A stretch of 64,000 bases of DNA from an uncultured Phycisphaerales bacterium (lineage in GTDB: Bacteria; Planctomycetota; Phycisphaerae; Sedimentisphaerales; Anaerobacaceae). Where the stretch lies: contig CAVPZU010000001.1 of the NCBI GenBank assembly GCA_963710355.1, forward strand, positions 25,572 through 89,571, given 5' to 3'. Under the pieces are notes generated by a model. That model was not told the DNA's origin and ran no database searches. It worked only from the letters and a program-made list of their open reading frames with translations. Of the stretch, positions 52,349 to 62,967 are shown one piece after another (position 1 is the stretch's first letter; every line of letters starts with the position of its first letter). The position numbers were made by a program, and so were the translations under genes.

Positions 52349-53894
52349 GGAAATCCTGCCTGAGAAGACGCTGAAGACGCGCGTGCCGCAGGAAGGGGTG
52401 GCCCGGGTTATTAAGCCGGCGCCGTCGCGATATCGCAATGAAATTGCCAAGTATATCGTCCATCGTAACCTGAATTGCAAGCGATGCGGCAGGTGTGCCC
52501 AGGTGTGTCCATACAAAGTTCACGTGCTGAAACCCGGGTACAAGTATTTCGGCGAGCCGAGAAATCATTTGTGCATTGGCCCATCCTGTGAAAAGACCGA
52601 GCATTACTGCGCGGCAAAATGCCCCGAGGGGGCATTAGAGGTCAAAGAAAATCCAATGTATAAAACGCTTGGCGATTATCGCTGGCCTGCTGATTTGATA
52701 TTGGCGACGTGGAAAATGGCCGAGACCGGCGATGTCCCACCCGAAGAATACGGCTACGATTACGAATGCGGCAATTCCGGCGGCGGGTTCGATAAGCTCA
52801 TGTTCAGATTTCCCGACAAGCCGGCCGTAAAGCTCAACGAGAACCAGATAGATACAAGTATATCGCTGAATAAGCGTGACGATGGCCGGCCTAAAATCAA
52901 GATTGACGTCCCATGGTACGGCGGCGGAATGTCGTTCGGGTCGGTCAGCAATGTAACTCAATTATCAAAGGCTAGGGCGGCGGTAGCGTGGAACACGTTC
53001 ACCTGCACCGGCGAGGGCGGATATATGGAGCGGATGAGGCCTTATGACGACCACGTGATTACGCAAGTTGCCACGGGCCTTTTCGGCGTGCGTGAGGAGA
53101 CGATACAGCGGGTGCCGATAGTGGAATTCAAGTATGCCCAGGGCGCAAAACCCGGTCTTGGCGGGCATCTGTTGGGCGACAAAAACACGCCGGCGGTGGC
53201 GAAGATGCGCGAGGCGGTATTTGGGATTTCGCTGTTTTCGCCGTTCCCGTTCCACAGCGTCTATTCCATCGAAGACCACGCCAAGCATATCGACTGGATA
53301 AAGCACGTGAACAGGCGTGCCCTAATATCAACCAAGGTATCGACGCCGACGGATGTTGATATGGTCGCGGTCGGCAGTTACTCCGCCGGCACTCATATTG
53401 TCCACATAGACGGCGGGTATGGCGGAACCGGCGCCGCACCTGACATAGCAAAGAAGAACATTGCGATGCCGATTGAATACGCCATCGGCAAGGTTCATAA
53501 TTTTCTTACGGATGAGGGCGTTCGCGACAAGGTTACGCTTATAGCCAGCGGCGGGATACGCTCGGCCCACGACATGGCCAAGGCAATTGCTCTTGGTGCA
53601 GATGGAGTTGTAATAGGGACGGTGGAATTAGTGGCTCTTGGATGTGTGCGGTGCAGTCGCTGCGAGAGCGGGCGGGGGTGTCCACGCGGCATTGCCACAA
53701 CCGATGTTGAGCTGTCAAAGAAAATGGACATCGACTGGGGCACGCAGCGGCTTATTAACCTCTACAATGCCTGGCGAAAGGGGCTTGTCAGAATTCTTCA
53801 ACGTTTTGGAATGCGTAGTATCACCGAATTGCGAGGGCGCACCGACCTTTTGATGCATCTTGACTATACGAACGACGTGAGGGCGAAAAAATGA
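52341..53894 (+). CDS. Glutamate synthase FMN-binding domain protein (archaeal-type GltB domain 2) with an N-terminal ferredoxin-like 2x[4Fe-4S] region
   Basis: Contains CKRCGRCAQVCP / CAAKCPEG, then GGMSFGSVS, YAQGAKPGLGGHL, DGGYGGTGAAP and LIASGGIRSAHDMAKAIALGADGV. I prefer ATG 52341 (MIKEIL). The ORF track starts at 52245. Confidence 0.85.
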   Translation: MIKEILPEKTLKTRVPQEGVARVIKPAPSRYRNEIAKYIVHRNLNCKRCGRCAQVCPYKVHVLKPGYKYFGEPRNHLCIGPSCEKTEHYCAAKCPEGALEVKENPMYKTLGDYRWPADLILATWKMAETGDVPPEEYGYDYECGNSGGGFDKLMFRFPDKPAVKLNENQIDTSISLNKRDDGRPKIKIDVPWYGGGMSFGSVSNVTQLSKARAAVAWNTFTCTGEGGYMERMRPYDDHVITQVATGLFGVREETIQRVPIVEFKYAQGAKPGLGGHLLGDKNTPAVAKMREAVFGISLFSPFPFHSVYSIEDHAKHIDWIKHVNRRALISTKVSTPTDVDMVAVGSYSAGTHIVHIDGGYGGTGAAPDIAKKNIAMPIEYAIGKVHNFLTDEGVRDKVTLIASGGIRSAHDMAKAIALGADGVVIGTVELVALGCVRCSRCESGRGCPRGIATTDVELSKKMDIDWGTQRLINLYNAWRKGLVRILQRFGMRSITELRGRTDLLMHLDYTNDVRAKK

Positions 53895-56557
53895 GCGGCG
53901 AATTGATAAAACGGCTTGCAGATTCAAGAAGACAGTTAGCCGAAAATCTCAACTACTCTACGCAAATAAAGAAAGAGGCGGAGGAAGGCGGCTGCGGCGT
54001 TGTGGGTTTTTGCTGCAGTGAGGTGGTGCCCGGCAAGCATATCTACGAACCGTCTCGGCAGATGCACAATCGCGGAAACGGCAAAGGCGGAGGTATTGCC
54101 GCCCTCGGATTTGTGCCGGAGCAGCTTGGGGTGAGCCGGGAGGTGCTCGATAGTCATTATATGCTTCACGTGGCATTCCTCGATGAGAAAGCCCGTCCTG
54201 AAATCGAGAAACAATTTATTACGCCGAACTTCGATATTTCGGCCTCCTGCCAGCTCGAAAAAGCCGACGACTGGAAATCAATCCCGGGACTGGAGGTAAA
54301 GCCGCCGGACGTATGCCGATACTTTGTTCGCGTCAAGCCGAAGGTGCTTGATACTTTCATCGCAAAGAACAACCTGCAAAAGCTCGACAGGCGCGAGGTC
54401 GAAGATGAATTTGTCAATCAGAACAGCTTCAGCTTGAATCAGAAATATTACGCGTCTTTAGGCGAAAAAAGGGCCTTTGTGCTCTCTCACGGCAGAGATA
54501 TTATGATACTCAAGGTCGTTGGCTTCGCTGAAGCGATTGTAAAGTATTACAAAATCGAAGACCTCCGTGCCCACGTATGGATTGCCCATCAGCGATTCCC
54601 GACGAAGGGCCGGGTGTGGCATCCCGGCGGGGCGCATCCTTTTGCGGCCATCGATATGGCGCTGGTACACAACGGCGACTTTGCCAATTACCATTCCGTA
54701 ACCGAATACCTCAAGCAGCGTAATATTTATCCGCAGTTTCTCACCGATACGGAAGTTTCCGCCCTTTTATTTGATTTGCTCAGTCGGACTTACCACTATC
54801 CGCTCGAGTATATCATCGAGGCGCTGGCGCCGACCACGGAACTGGATTTTGACCGGTTGGATGAGGAAAAGCAAAAGGTTTACCGTGCCATACAGGCGAC
54901 CCATATACACGGCTCGCCGGACGGCCCGTGGTTTTTCATTATTGCCCGCAACGTTGCCCGTGAGAACAAATTACAGTTGATGGGTATAACCGACACGGCG
55001 ATGCTTCGACCTCAGGTGTTCGCGTTCTGCAACGGCGAGGTTCAGGTGGGCCTGATTTGCTCGGAAAAACAGGCCATAGACGCCACGCTTTTGAGTTTGT
55101 CGAAAGACGATAAGCGGATATGCCCGATTGCGGACCGATACTGGAACGCACGAGGTGGCAGCCATACCGACGGTGGAGCGTTTATATTCAACCTGGAAAA
55201 AGATTCCTCTGCTAAAATAAAGATTACCTGCACGGACAAATTCGGCACATCGGTCACTATGCCGGGAGGAACTGAGCAGTGTGATTTTTCCCAGAAACCG
55301 TCTCTGCCATCCGAATCGGAGGAAGACATACAGACAATAATCAATGAGAGATTTGTCCCCGGCAACGGCTTTGTGATTTTTGAAATGATTCGCGACCTGA
55401 TACCTGAATGGTCGTTTGATGAGTTTCGTTTTGCGTGCCGGCAAATCACCAACCAGGCCAAAGACGCTTCCAAGACGGCTATCGCGATAGAGGTCTTTTC
55501 TCTGCTCAATGACCGCAAATACTCAACCGGCTCAAAGAAACGCAGCCATATTCTTCATATTGTGCGAGGTGAATTGAACCTGTTGTTCTGGAATGTCCCC
55601 AATATAGGCGTGAAGAATTCATACGAGGGGGCGTATCGTCTCATTGATTTTGAGACGCGAGGTAATTTGAGGGGACCGCAGGGCAATGAAACAACTCTTG
55701 TAATCGACGCCGCCCATTTTCCGCCGGAAGGAAACGATTGCGATGCAGCCCTTCTGGTTGATGCATATATGAAGGGCTGGCGACATTTTATCAGCTTCAA
55801 TTGTATTGGTCAGCGATATGTTGGCTGCGGCTTAGGCCCGGAAACGGATGACGTTACAATAGACGTTTACGGCAGCAGCGGCGATTATCTCGGCTCCGGC
55901 CTGGACGGCCTGACCATCACCGTGCACGGCAATGCCCAGGACCAGCTTGGCCAAATCATAAAAAGAGGAAAATTGGTCATTCACGGCGACGTCGGGCAGA
56001 CGTTTTTATATGGCGCCAAAGGCGGCAGTGTTTATGTGCTGGGTAATGCAGCGGGAAGACCTCTTATCAACTCCGTCGGCAAACCCAAGGTTGTGATAAA
56101 CGGAACCTGTCTGGATTTTCTTGCCGAGTCCTTTATGGCGGGCGACCCGCATAACGGCGGCGGCTTTGTGGTATTAAACGGAGTCAAATTCGATGATGAC
56201 GGACAATTAGTAACGCTATCGCTGCCTTATCCCGGCAGCAACCTGTTCTCTTTAGCTTCGGGCGGAGCAATTTTTGTCCGCGACCCGAAAAATACCCTGG
56301 TCAAGCAGCAATTAAACGGCGGCCAGTTTGCCAAATTAACCGACGAGGACTGGGACCTGATACTGCCTTACCTTGAAGAAAATCAAAAGCTTTTTGGGAT
56401 AACAATAAAGCAGCTTTTGACCGTGGACGGCGAGCGGCACGACCCGGCGGAGGTTTATTGTAAAGTTGTTCCCGGCAACATTGCTGCCATCGCGTCGGAG
56501 GAGACCGACGAAGCCGACGAGGCCTCTGAAGAGGTGGCTGTGAAACAGGGCAAATAG
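53891..56557 (+). CDS. Fusion of a class II (Ntn) glutamine amidotransferase domain and a GXGXG domain (GltB domains 1 and 3)
   Basis: Contains CGVVGF...MHNRGNGKGGGIAA...AHQRFPTKG...LVHNGDFANY...TDTEVSALL (GATase II). The C-terminal part has GSSGDYLGSGLDGLTITVHGNAQDQLGQ...GKLVIHGDVGQTFLYGAKGGSVYVLGNAAGR (GXGXG repeats). Confidence 0.85.
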   Translation: MSGELIKRLADSRRQLAENLNYSTQIKKEAEEGGCGVVGFCCSEVVPGKHIYEPSRQMHNRGNGKGGGIAALGFVPEQLGVSREVLDSHYMLHVAFLDEKARPEIEKQFITPNFDISASCQLEKADDWKSIPGLEVKPPDVCRYFVRVKPKVLDTFIAKNNLQKLDRREVEDEFVNQNSFSLNQKYYASLGEKRAFVLSHGRDIMILKVVGFAEAIVKYYKIEDLRAHVWIAHQRFPTKGRVWHPGGAHPFAAIDMALVHNGDFANYHSVTEYLKQRNIYPQFLTDTEVSALLFDLLSRTYHYPLEYIIEALAPTTELDFDRLDEEKQKVYRAIQATHIHGSPDGPWFFIIARNVARENKLQLMGITDTAMLRPQVFAFCNGEVQVGLICSEKQAIDATLLSLSKDDKRICPIADRYWNARGGSHTDGGAFIFNLEKDSSAKIKITCTDKFGTSVTMPGGTEQCDFSQKPSLPSESEEDIQTIINERFVPGNGFVIFEMIRDLIPEWSFDEFRFACRQITNQAKDASKTAIAIEVFSLLNDRKYSTGSKKRSHILHIVRGELNLLFWNVPNIGVKNSYEGAYRLIDFETRGNLRGPQGNETTLVIDAAHFPPEGNDCDAALLVDAYMKGWRHFISFNCIGQRYVGCGLGPETDDVTIDVYGSSGDYLGSGLDGLTITVHGNAQDQLGQIIKRGKLVIHGDVGQTFLYGAKGGSVYVLGNAAGRPLINSVGKPKVVINGTCLDFLAESFMAGDPHNGGGFVVLNGVKFDDDGQLVTLSLPYPGSNLFSLASGGAIFVRDPKNTLVKQQLNGGQFAKLTDEDWDLILPYLEENQKLFGITIKQLLTVDGERHDPAEVYCKVVPGNIAAIASEETDEADEASEEVAVKQGK

Positions 56558-56570
56558 CGAAAGGATACAA

Positions 56571-57137
56571 GTGATAACAATCAAAAAAACGAGAGCGGGC
56601 GACGTCCTGAAAGACACGGTTGAGAAAATATCAGGCGTGGACCTGAGCGTGTGCCTGCAGTGCAGGAAATGCTCCAGCGGCTGTCCGGTGGCCAAGCTTG
56701 CAAAGTCCCGGCCTTCGGAGATTATGCGCCGGCTGCATCTGGACGCAGGCAACGAGCTGCTGGAAAGCGATATTCTCTGGATGTGTGTCTCGTGCGAGAC
56801 CTGTTCGGCCCGATGCCCGATGGGTATCGACGTTGCAGTGGTAATGGACGCATTACGCAAGCTCGCATTGGTTAGAGGAGCATCGAAGCAGGAAGGTAAT
56901 GTGCCTCTGTTTAACAGGGCATTTTTGAAGACGGTTGAGATATTCGGCAGGACTTATGAAATTGCGATGATAGCCGCTTACAAATTAGGCACCGGGAAAT
57001 TTATGAACGACACGGAAAAATTCCCGACGATGCTGAAGAAAGGGAAAATCTCATTGATACCGTCGCTTGGCGGCGACAGAAAAACGGTGAGACGTATTTT
57101 CAAAAAAACGAAACAGAATAAAGGGGTCGAGATATGA
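56571..57137 (+). CDS. hdrC: Heterodisulfide reductase subunit C-like protein
   Basis: Has two ferredoxin-type motifs, CLQCRKCSSGCP and CVSCETCSARCP. 188 aa, immediately upstream of hdrB. Confidence 0.85.
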   Translation: MITIKKTRAGDVLKDTVEKISGVDLSVCLQCRKCSSGCPVAKLAKSRPSEIMRRLHLDAGNELLESDILWMCVSCETCSARCPMGIDVAVVMDALRKLALVRGASKQEGNVPLFNRAFLKTVEIFGRTYEIAMIAAYKLGTGKFMNDTEKFPTMLKKGKISLIPSLGGDRKTVRRIFKKTKQNKGVEI

Positions 57138-58012
57138 GATACGCCTACTATCCTGGATGTTCGGCTGAATCGACGGCCCGCGATATGCACCAGTCAACTT
57201 TGGCCGTCGCCGGCGCGCTCGGAATTGAAATGGTCGAGCCGAAGGGCTGGACCTGCTGCGGCGCTACCGCCGGGCACCAGACCGACCGCGTGTTGGCCGC
57301 ATCGCTGCCCGCCGCCAATTTAATCAAGGTCCGGGATATGGGGCTTGATATGGTGGTAAATTGCGCGGCCTGCTACAACAGGATGAAGGTGGCAAACCAC
57401 GAAATTTCAACGGATTCAGGAATCCGCAAAAGCGTTTGCGATGCGATTGGCAGGGACTATGACGGTTCGGTCAAAGTCAGGCATTTTATTGAGGTGCTTC
57501 TCGAAGACGTTGGACTCCAGACAATCGGCAACGCCGTCAAGCGTTCGCTTAATGGTCTCAAGGTGGCTTGTTATTACGGGTGTCTGCTTGTTCGCCCGCC
57601 GAAGGTTGTGAAATTTGACGACCCGGAGAATCCGACGTCGCTCGATAAGCTGGTGAAAACCATTGGCGGCAGAAGCATTGACTGGCCATATAAAACCGAA
57701 TGCTGCGGCGGAGGTCTGTCGCTTTCGAGAACCGACGTTGTAGTCAATCTCACGGATTCGATTCTGAGTATGGCCCAAAGTGCGGGTGCAGATTGTATTG
57801 CGGTAAGCTGCCCGATGTGCCAGGTCAATCTCGACTTGCGGCAGCAGGATATAAAAAAACAGAGTGGCAGGGATTATCAAATGCCGATTGTGTATATCAC
57901 GCAGCTTCTGGGAATTAGTTTCGGTATCAGTTCGCGATTGCTCGGATTCAATAAGCTTATGGTTTCGCCATCGAGCGTTTTTGAAAAGGTAAAAGTGACC
58001 AGCAATGGGTAA
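57134..58012 (+). CDS. hdrB: Heterodisulfide reductase subunit B-like protein (two CCG domains)
   Basis: Contains YYPGCS...WTCCGATAG and YYGCLLVRP...ECCGGGLS. Confidence 0.9.
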   Translation: MRYAYYPGCSAESTARDMHQSTLAVAGALGIEMVEPKGWTCCGATAGHQTDRVLAASLPAANLIKVRDMGLDMVVNCAACYNRMKVANHEISTDSGIRKSVCDAIGRDYDGSVKVRHFIEVLLEDVGLQTIGNAVKRSLNGLKVACYYGCLLVRPPKVVKFDDPENPTSLDKLVKTIGGRSIDWPYKTECCGGGLSLSRTDVVVNLTDSILSMAQSAGADCIAVSCPMCQVNLDLRQQDIKKQSGRDYQMPIVYITQLLGISFGISSRLLGFNKLMVSPSSVFEKVKVTSNG

Positions 58013-61000
58013 ATATGATGACAAGAGGATTGGCGCAGTGCTTGTGCAGGGCGGTGGTATTGCCGGCGTTCAGGCATCCCTCGATTTAGCCAACAGCGGT
58101 TTTAAGGTTTACCTGGTCGAGCGTGACGCCGCCATAGGCGGTATGATGGCCCATTTGGACAAGACCTTTCCGACTGGTGATTGTGCCACCTGCATTGTCT
58201 CGCCCAAGCTCGTCGAATGCGCGAGAAATTTGAATATCGAGATACTGACCCTTTCGGAGCTGGTGGACCTTCAGGGCGAGCCGGGTAATTTCAAAGCTAC
58301 GGTCAGGCGGCATCCGCGATACGTGGACGAGGACAAATGCACCGGCTGCAGCGAATGCACGCAGGTCTGCCCGGTGGACGTGCCGGACGAATTCAACCGG
58401 TGTCTCGGAACCAGAAAAGGCATCGCCAAACTCTACGCTCAGGCCACCCCGAATATATTCGGCATTCTGAAAAATGGCCATGCGCCTTGTAAGATAAAAT
58501 GCCCCGCGAAGGTAAACGTCCAGGGCTACGTCCAGCTCATAAAGAAAAAGGAATACGTCAAGGCGGTCAATCTCATTCGCCAGAGAAATCCGCTTTCGGC
58601 AATTTGCGGCCGGGTGTGCACGCATCCTTGCGAAGCCGAGTGCATGCGAGGTAAAGCAGACGACCCAATTGCTATCCGGCTATTGAAACGGTTTGCGTCG
58701 GATAAAGAGATGGAAATGGTCGAGGCGGGCCAACTGACCCTGCCCGAAGAGAAATATCCTTCGCCTGATGCGGAGAAGGTGGTCATAATCGGCGCAGGCC
58801 CGGCGGGACTAACCGCGGCCGACGACCTTGCCGATGCCGGTTTTGCGGTGACCGTATATGAAGCCCTCGATAAGGCAGGCGGTATGCTCCACTATGCTAT
58901 CCCTGAGTATCGACTGCCCAAGAAAGTATTGGATTACGAAATAGAGCTTATTCGCCGAAAGGGCGTTAAGTTCGTTTATAACACTCGCGTCGGCAAAGAT
59001 ATTACCATTCAGAAACTTCGTCAGGACAACGAGGCGGTATTCATCTCTGCCGGGCGCAAAAAAGCCGCAAACTCGGCGTAACAGGCGAGCAAACCAGCGG
59101 AGTTCTTTACGGCGTTGAATTCCTCAGGGACGCGGCCTCTGCCGGAAAACCCGTTGTGAAAAACAAAGTCATAGTCATTGGCGGCGGCAATGTCGCGGTT
59201 GACGTCGCCAGGACCGCCCTGCGACTCGGCGCCAAAGATGTCGAAATGGTCTGCCTCGAACAGAGAGACGAGATGCCCGCCTATAAGGAGGAAGTCGAAG
59301 CGACATTGGCTGAAGGCATCAGGATTCGAAACGGCTGGGGACCAATGGGTATTCTGGGCAACGGTTCGGTCACGGGCGTAGAGTTCAAACGCTGCACAAG
59401 GGTCTTCGATGACCAGAAACGTTTCAAGCCGACATTTGACGAAAACGACCTTATCAAAGTTGATGCAGAGCAAATTATCATTGCAATCGGCCAGATGACC
59501 GATGAGCAGTTCGTCGGCCACGTAGAGGTAGAAAGCCAGCGTGGCTGTTTCAAAACCGACCCTGTAACCTGCCAAACTTCAATAGAAGGTGTTTTTGCCG
59601 GTGGTGACAACGCTTCCGGCCCTGTGTCTGTTATTGAGGCGGTGGCAGCAGGCAAACGGGCGGCGGAATCCATTGAACTGTATTTGAACGATAAAGATTT
59701 GCTGGCCGGCCGTTTCGAGGAAACCATTAAACCGATTCCCGAAGAGTTGCTTCCTTCGATAGAGAAGGTGGAGAAAAAAGCCCGGAACAGGCCCGAAGAA
59801 TTGGCACCGGCAAACCGGCTAAAGAATTTCGAAGAGGTCGAAAAAGGACTCACCGAAGAGCAGGCCCTTGCGGAGGCCGAACGTTGTCTTAATTGTGCCC
59901 TGTGCTCGGAGTGTAACCAATGCGTCGAGGTCTGTGAGCAGCATGCAATCGACCACGCTATGAAAGAGCGCACGGTCAAATTGGAGGTCGGCTCGGTTAT
60001 CCTCACCCCAGGATTTGAAGAGTTCGACGCCACGCGGAAAGGCGAATTCGGCTACGGCCGGTATCCCAATGTCGTTACAAGCGTTCAATTCGAGCGAATG
60101 CTTAGCGCCGCCGGCCCGTTTGAAGGCCACGTCATACGTCTTTCGGACGGCCAGCCGGCCAAAAGCATAGCGTGGATTCAGTGCGTCGGCTCGCGTGATT
60201 CGGAATGCGGCAACGAATACTGCTCCTCGATTTGCTGTATGATGGCGACCAAGCAGGCAATGGTCGCCGGCGACCACGTCGTCGGGCTTGACGCAACCAT
60301 CTTCTATATGGACATCCGCGCCTACGGCAAGGATTTCGACCAGTATTATGAGCGTGCCAAAGCACAGAAAAACATACATTACATCAAGAGCATTCCGTCG
60401 CGGGCAATTCAGCTTCCCTGCAGCAAAGACCTTCGTCTTAACTATCTTGATGAGAACAATCAGATTCAGCAGAAGGACTTTGACCTTGTAGTGTTGTCGG
60501 TGGGAATGGAACCGCCGGCCTCTATGGTGGAGTTTACATCTCGTCTCGATATAAAACTCAATGACTTTGGCTTCTGCTGGACGGACCGGCTGTCGCCGTT
60601 GTCAACCTCAATACCGGGTGTATTCGTCGGCGGGGCGTTCCAGGAACCCAAGGACATCCCCGAAACGGTAACACAGGCCAGTGCCGCTGCTTCAATGGCA
60701 ATGGAACTTTTGGCACCGGCGCGTAATACTCTTATTACCAAAAAAACCTACCCCGATGAGCACGACGTTACCGATGAACAGCCGCGGATAGGCGTATTCG
60801 TCTGCCACTGCGGAATGAATATCGGCTCGGTAGTTGACGTCGAACGGGTGGTCAAAAATATCGAGAACCAGCCCGACGTCGTTTTCGCGTCTCATACGAT
60901 GTTTACCTGTTCCGATACGAGCTTGTCGAACATCAAGGATATGATTCACGAGCATCGGCTCAACCGTGTCGTGGTCGCCTCCTGCACCCCGCGAACACAT

Positions 61001-62502
61001 GAGCCGTTGTTCCGCGAGACGCTGCGAGAGGCGGGCCTCAACCCATACCTGTTCGAAATGGCCAACATACGAGACCAATGCTCCTGGGTTCACTCAGCGG
61101 TTCCCCAGTCGGCCACCGAAAAATCAACCGAACTCGTGAAAATGGCCATCGCTAGGGCGAGGCTGCTCACGCCTCTTGAAAGCGGCACTTTGGCAGTTGA
61201 CCAGACGGGCCTTGTTATTGGCGGGGGCCTGAGTGGTATGACCGCCGCGCTGGCGCTGGCAAACCAGGGATTCAAGGTGCATCTGGTGGAGCGAGACAAT
61301 CGTCTGGGGGGACTCTCCACGATATTTACCACACATTTGAACACGATGACATCGCCGAGTTTACAAAAGCCCTCGTAAAGCAGGTTGAAAAACATCCCGA
61401 CATCGAGCTTCATCTGGGGACCGAGGTTGCCGGCGTTGCAGGCCACATCGGCAAATTCAAAATTACGCTTGCCAAAGAGGGCTCGAAATCCGAAATCACG
61501 GGCGGCACAATAATTGTTGCCACCGGCGCCCGAAAGGCCCAGACAACCGAATTTATGTATAGCCAGTCCGACCGTGTTTTAACACAGGTCGAACTGGAAA
61601 AACTGCTGTTCGATAAAGCGTATCCTGCAAAAGGGCAAAATGTGGTTATGATTCAATGCGTCGGCTCACGCAACGATGAACATCCCTATTGCAGCCGAAT
61701 CTGCTGCTCGATGGCCATCAAAAACGCAATTGAAATTAAAAAACGCGACCCCAACGCAAATATTTATGTTCTTTACAGAGACGTCAGAACTTACGGCTTC
61801 AGGGAAACATATTACAAACAGGCCCGCGAGCAGGGCGTCGTCTTTATCCGCTACACGCCTGATACACCGCCACAGGTAAGTCAAAATAACGGTTTGGTGG
61901 TGACTCTCAAAAGCCCCGACCTGCCTGAAGCGATTGAAATTGAAGCCGATAACGTCGTGCTGAGCACGGGTGTTGTTGCTGATATAGAAAACAACAAGCG
62001 CATCTCAGATATGCTCAAAGTGCCGCTCAATGCCGATGGCTTCTATGTCGAGGCGCATATGAAATTGCGTCCCGTGGATTTTACCACGGAAGGCATTTTC
62101 CTTTGCGGACTCGCGCATTCGCCGAAGTTCATCGATGAGAACATCTCGCAGGCACGGGCCGCCGCCGCACGAGCGGCTACGGTGCTTTCGAAACCGCACT
62201 TAGACGTCAGTGCCCAGGTTTCATACGTTGACCAGCAGAAGTGTATATCCTGTATGACCTGTGTTAATACCTGTCCCTATTCGGCGCCTTTCTGCAACAA
62301 GGACGGCAAGGGTCAGATTGAGGCCGCCAAGTGTATGGGCTGCGGTATATGCGCATCGGAATGTCCGGCACGGGCCATACAACTGCATCATTTTGAGACC
62401 GACCAGTTCAACGTGATGATTCGGCAGTTGTTCGCCAGCGGGGACGGTGAAATATCGGCAGGAGTACCCACACAAGTAAAGGAGTTAACGGAAAAAGTAT
62501 AA
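58005..62502 (+). CDS. hdrA: Giant HdrA-like flavoprotein: HdrA unit carrying an inserted GltD/NfnB-like module, followed by a second HdrA unit; two frame interruptions (59052-59063, 61306-61311)
   Basis: VLVQGGGIAGVQASLDLANSGFKVYLVE and DKTFPTGDCATC are HdrA-type. CGRVCTHPCEAEC, VVIIGAGPAGLTAADDLADAGFAVTVYE and VIVIGGGNVAVDVART are GltD-like. GLVIGGGLSGMTAALALANQGFKVHLVE, CISCMTCVNTCP and CMGCGICASECP belong to the second HdrA unit. ORFs 58005-59081, 59156-61378 and 61555-62502 are contiguous once single bases are restored. Confidence 0.85.
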
Positions 62503-62505
62503 GCT

Positions 62506-62967
62506 ATGAAACAGGAAACCTTCGAGCCCAAAATCGTTGCCTTTTGCTGCCACTATTGTGCGTATTCCTCGGCGGATTTGGCGGGGTCTATGCGCATCCA
62601 GTATCCGCCCAACGTGCGAATAATCCGCACACCCTGCACCGGCCGGCTCGAGACCGAATACTTTATGAAGGCATTTGAAAACGGCGCAGACGGCGTCCTC
62701 GTCGCTGGCTGTCTCGAAGGCGGCTGCCACTTTGTCGAGGGTAACCTTTGCGCAAAACGCCGGGTCAATTACACAAGGGAAATGCTCGAAGAAATCGGGA
62801 TGGAAAAGGAACGGCTGCGTATGGTAAACGTTTCCGCCGCGATGGCGCGTCCTTTGGCTGATATTATTACTGATATGGTGGAGACCGTTCGCAAACTGGG
62901 CCCAAGCCCCCTGAAACTATCCGCCGCGGCGGATAAAAATGGTTTATCTAAACAGGAGAGCCGATAA
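62506..62967 (+). CDS. mvhD: MvhD/FlpD-like iron-sulfur protein (second copy)
   Basis: Contains IVAFCCHYCAY...IRTPCTGRLE...AFENGADGVLVAGCLEGGCHFVEGN. Confidence 0.88.
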   Translation: MKQETFEPKIVAFCCHYCAYSSADLAGSMRIQYPPNVRIIRTPCTGRLETEYFMKAFENGADGVLVAGCLEGGCHFVEGNLCAKRRVNYTREMLEEIGMEKERLRMVNVSAAMARPLADIITDMVETVRKLGPSPLKLSAAADKNGLSKQESR

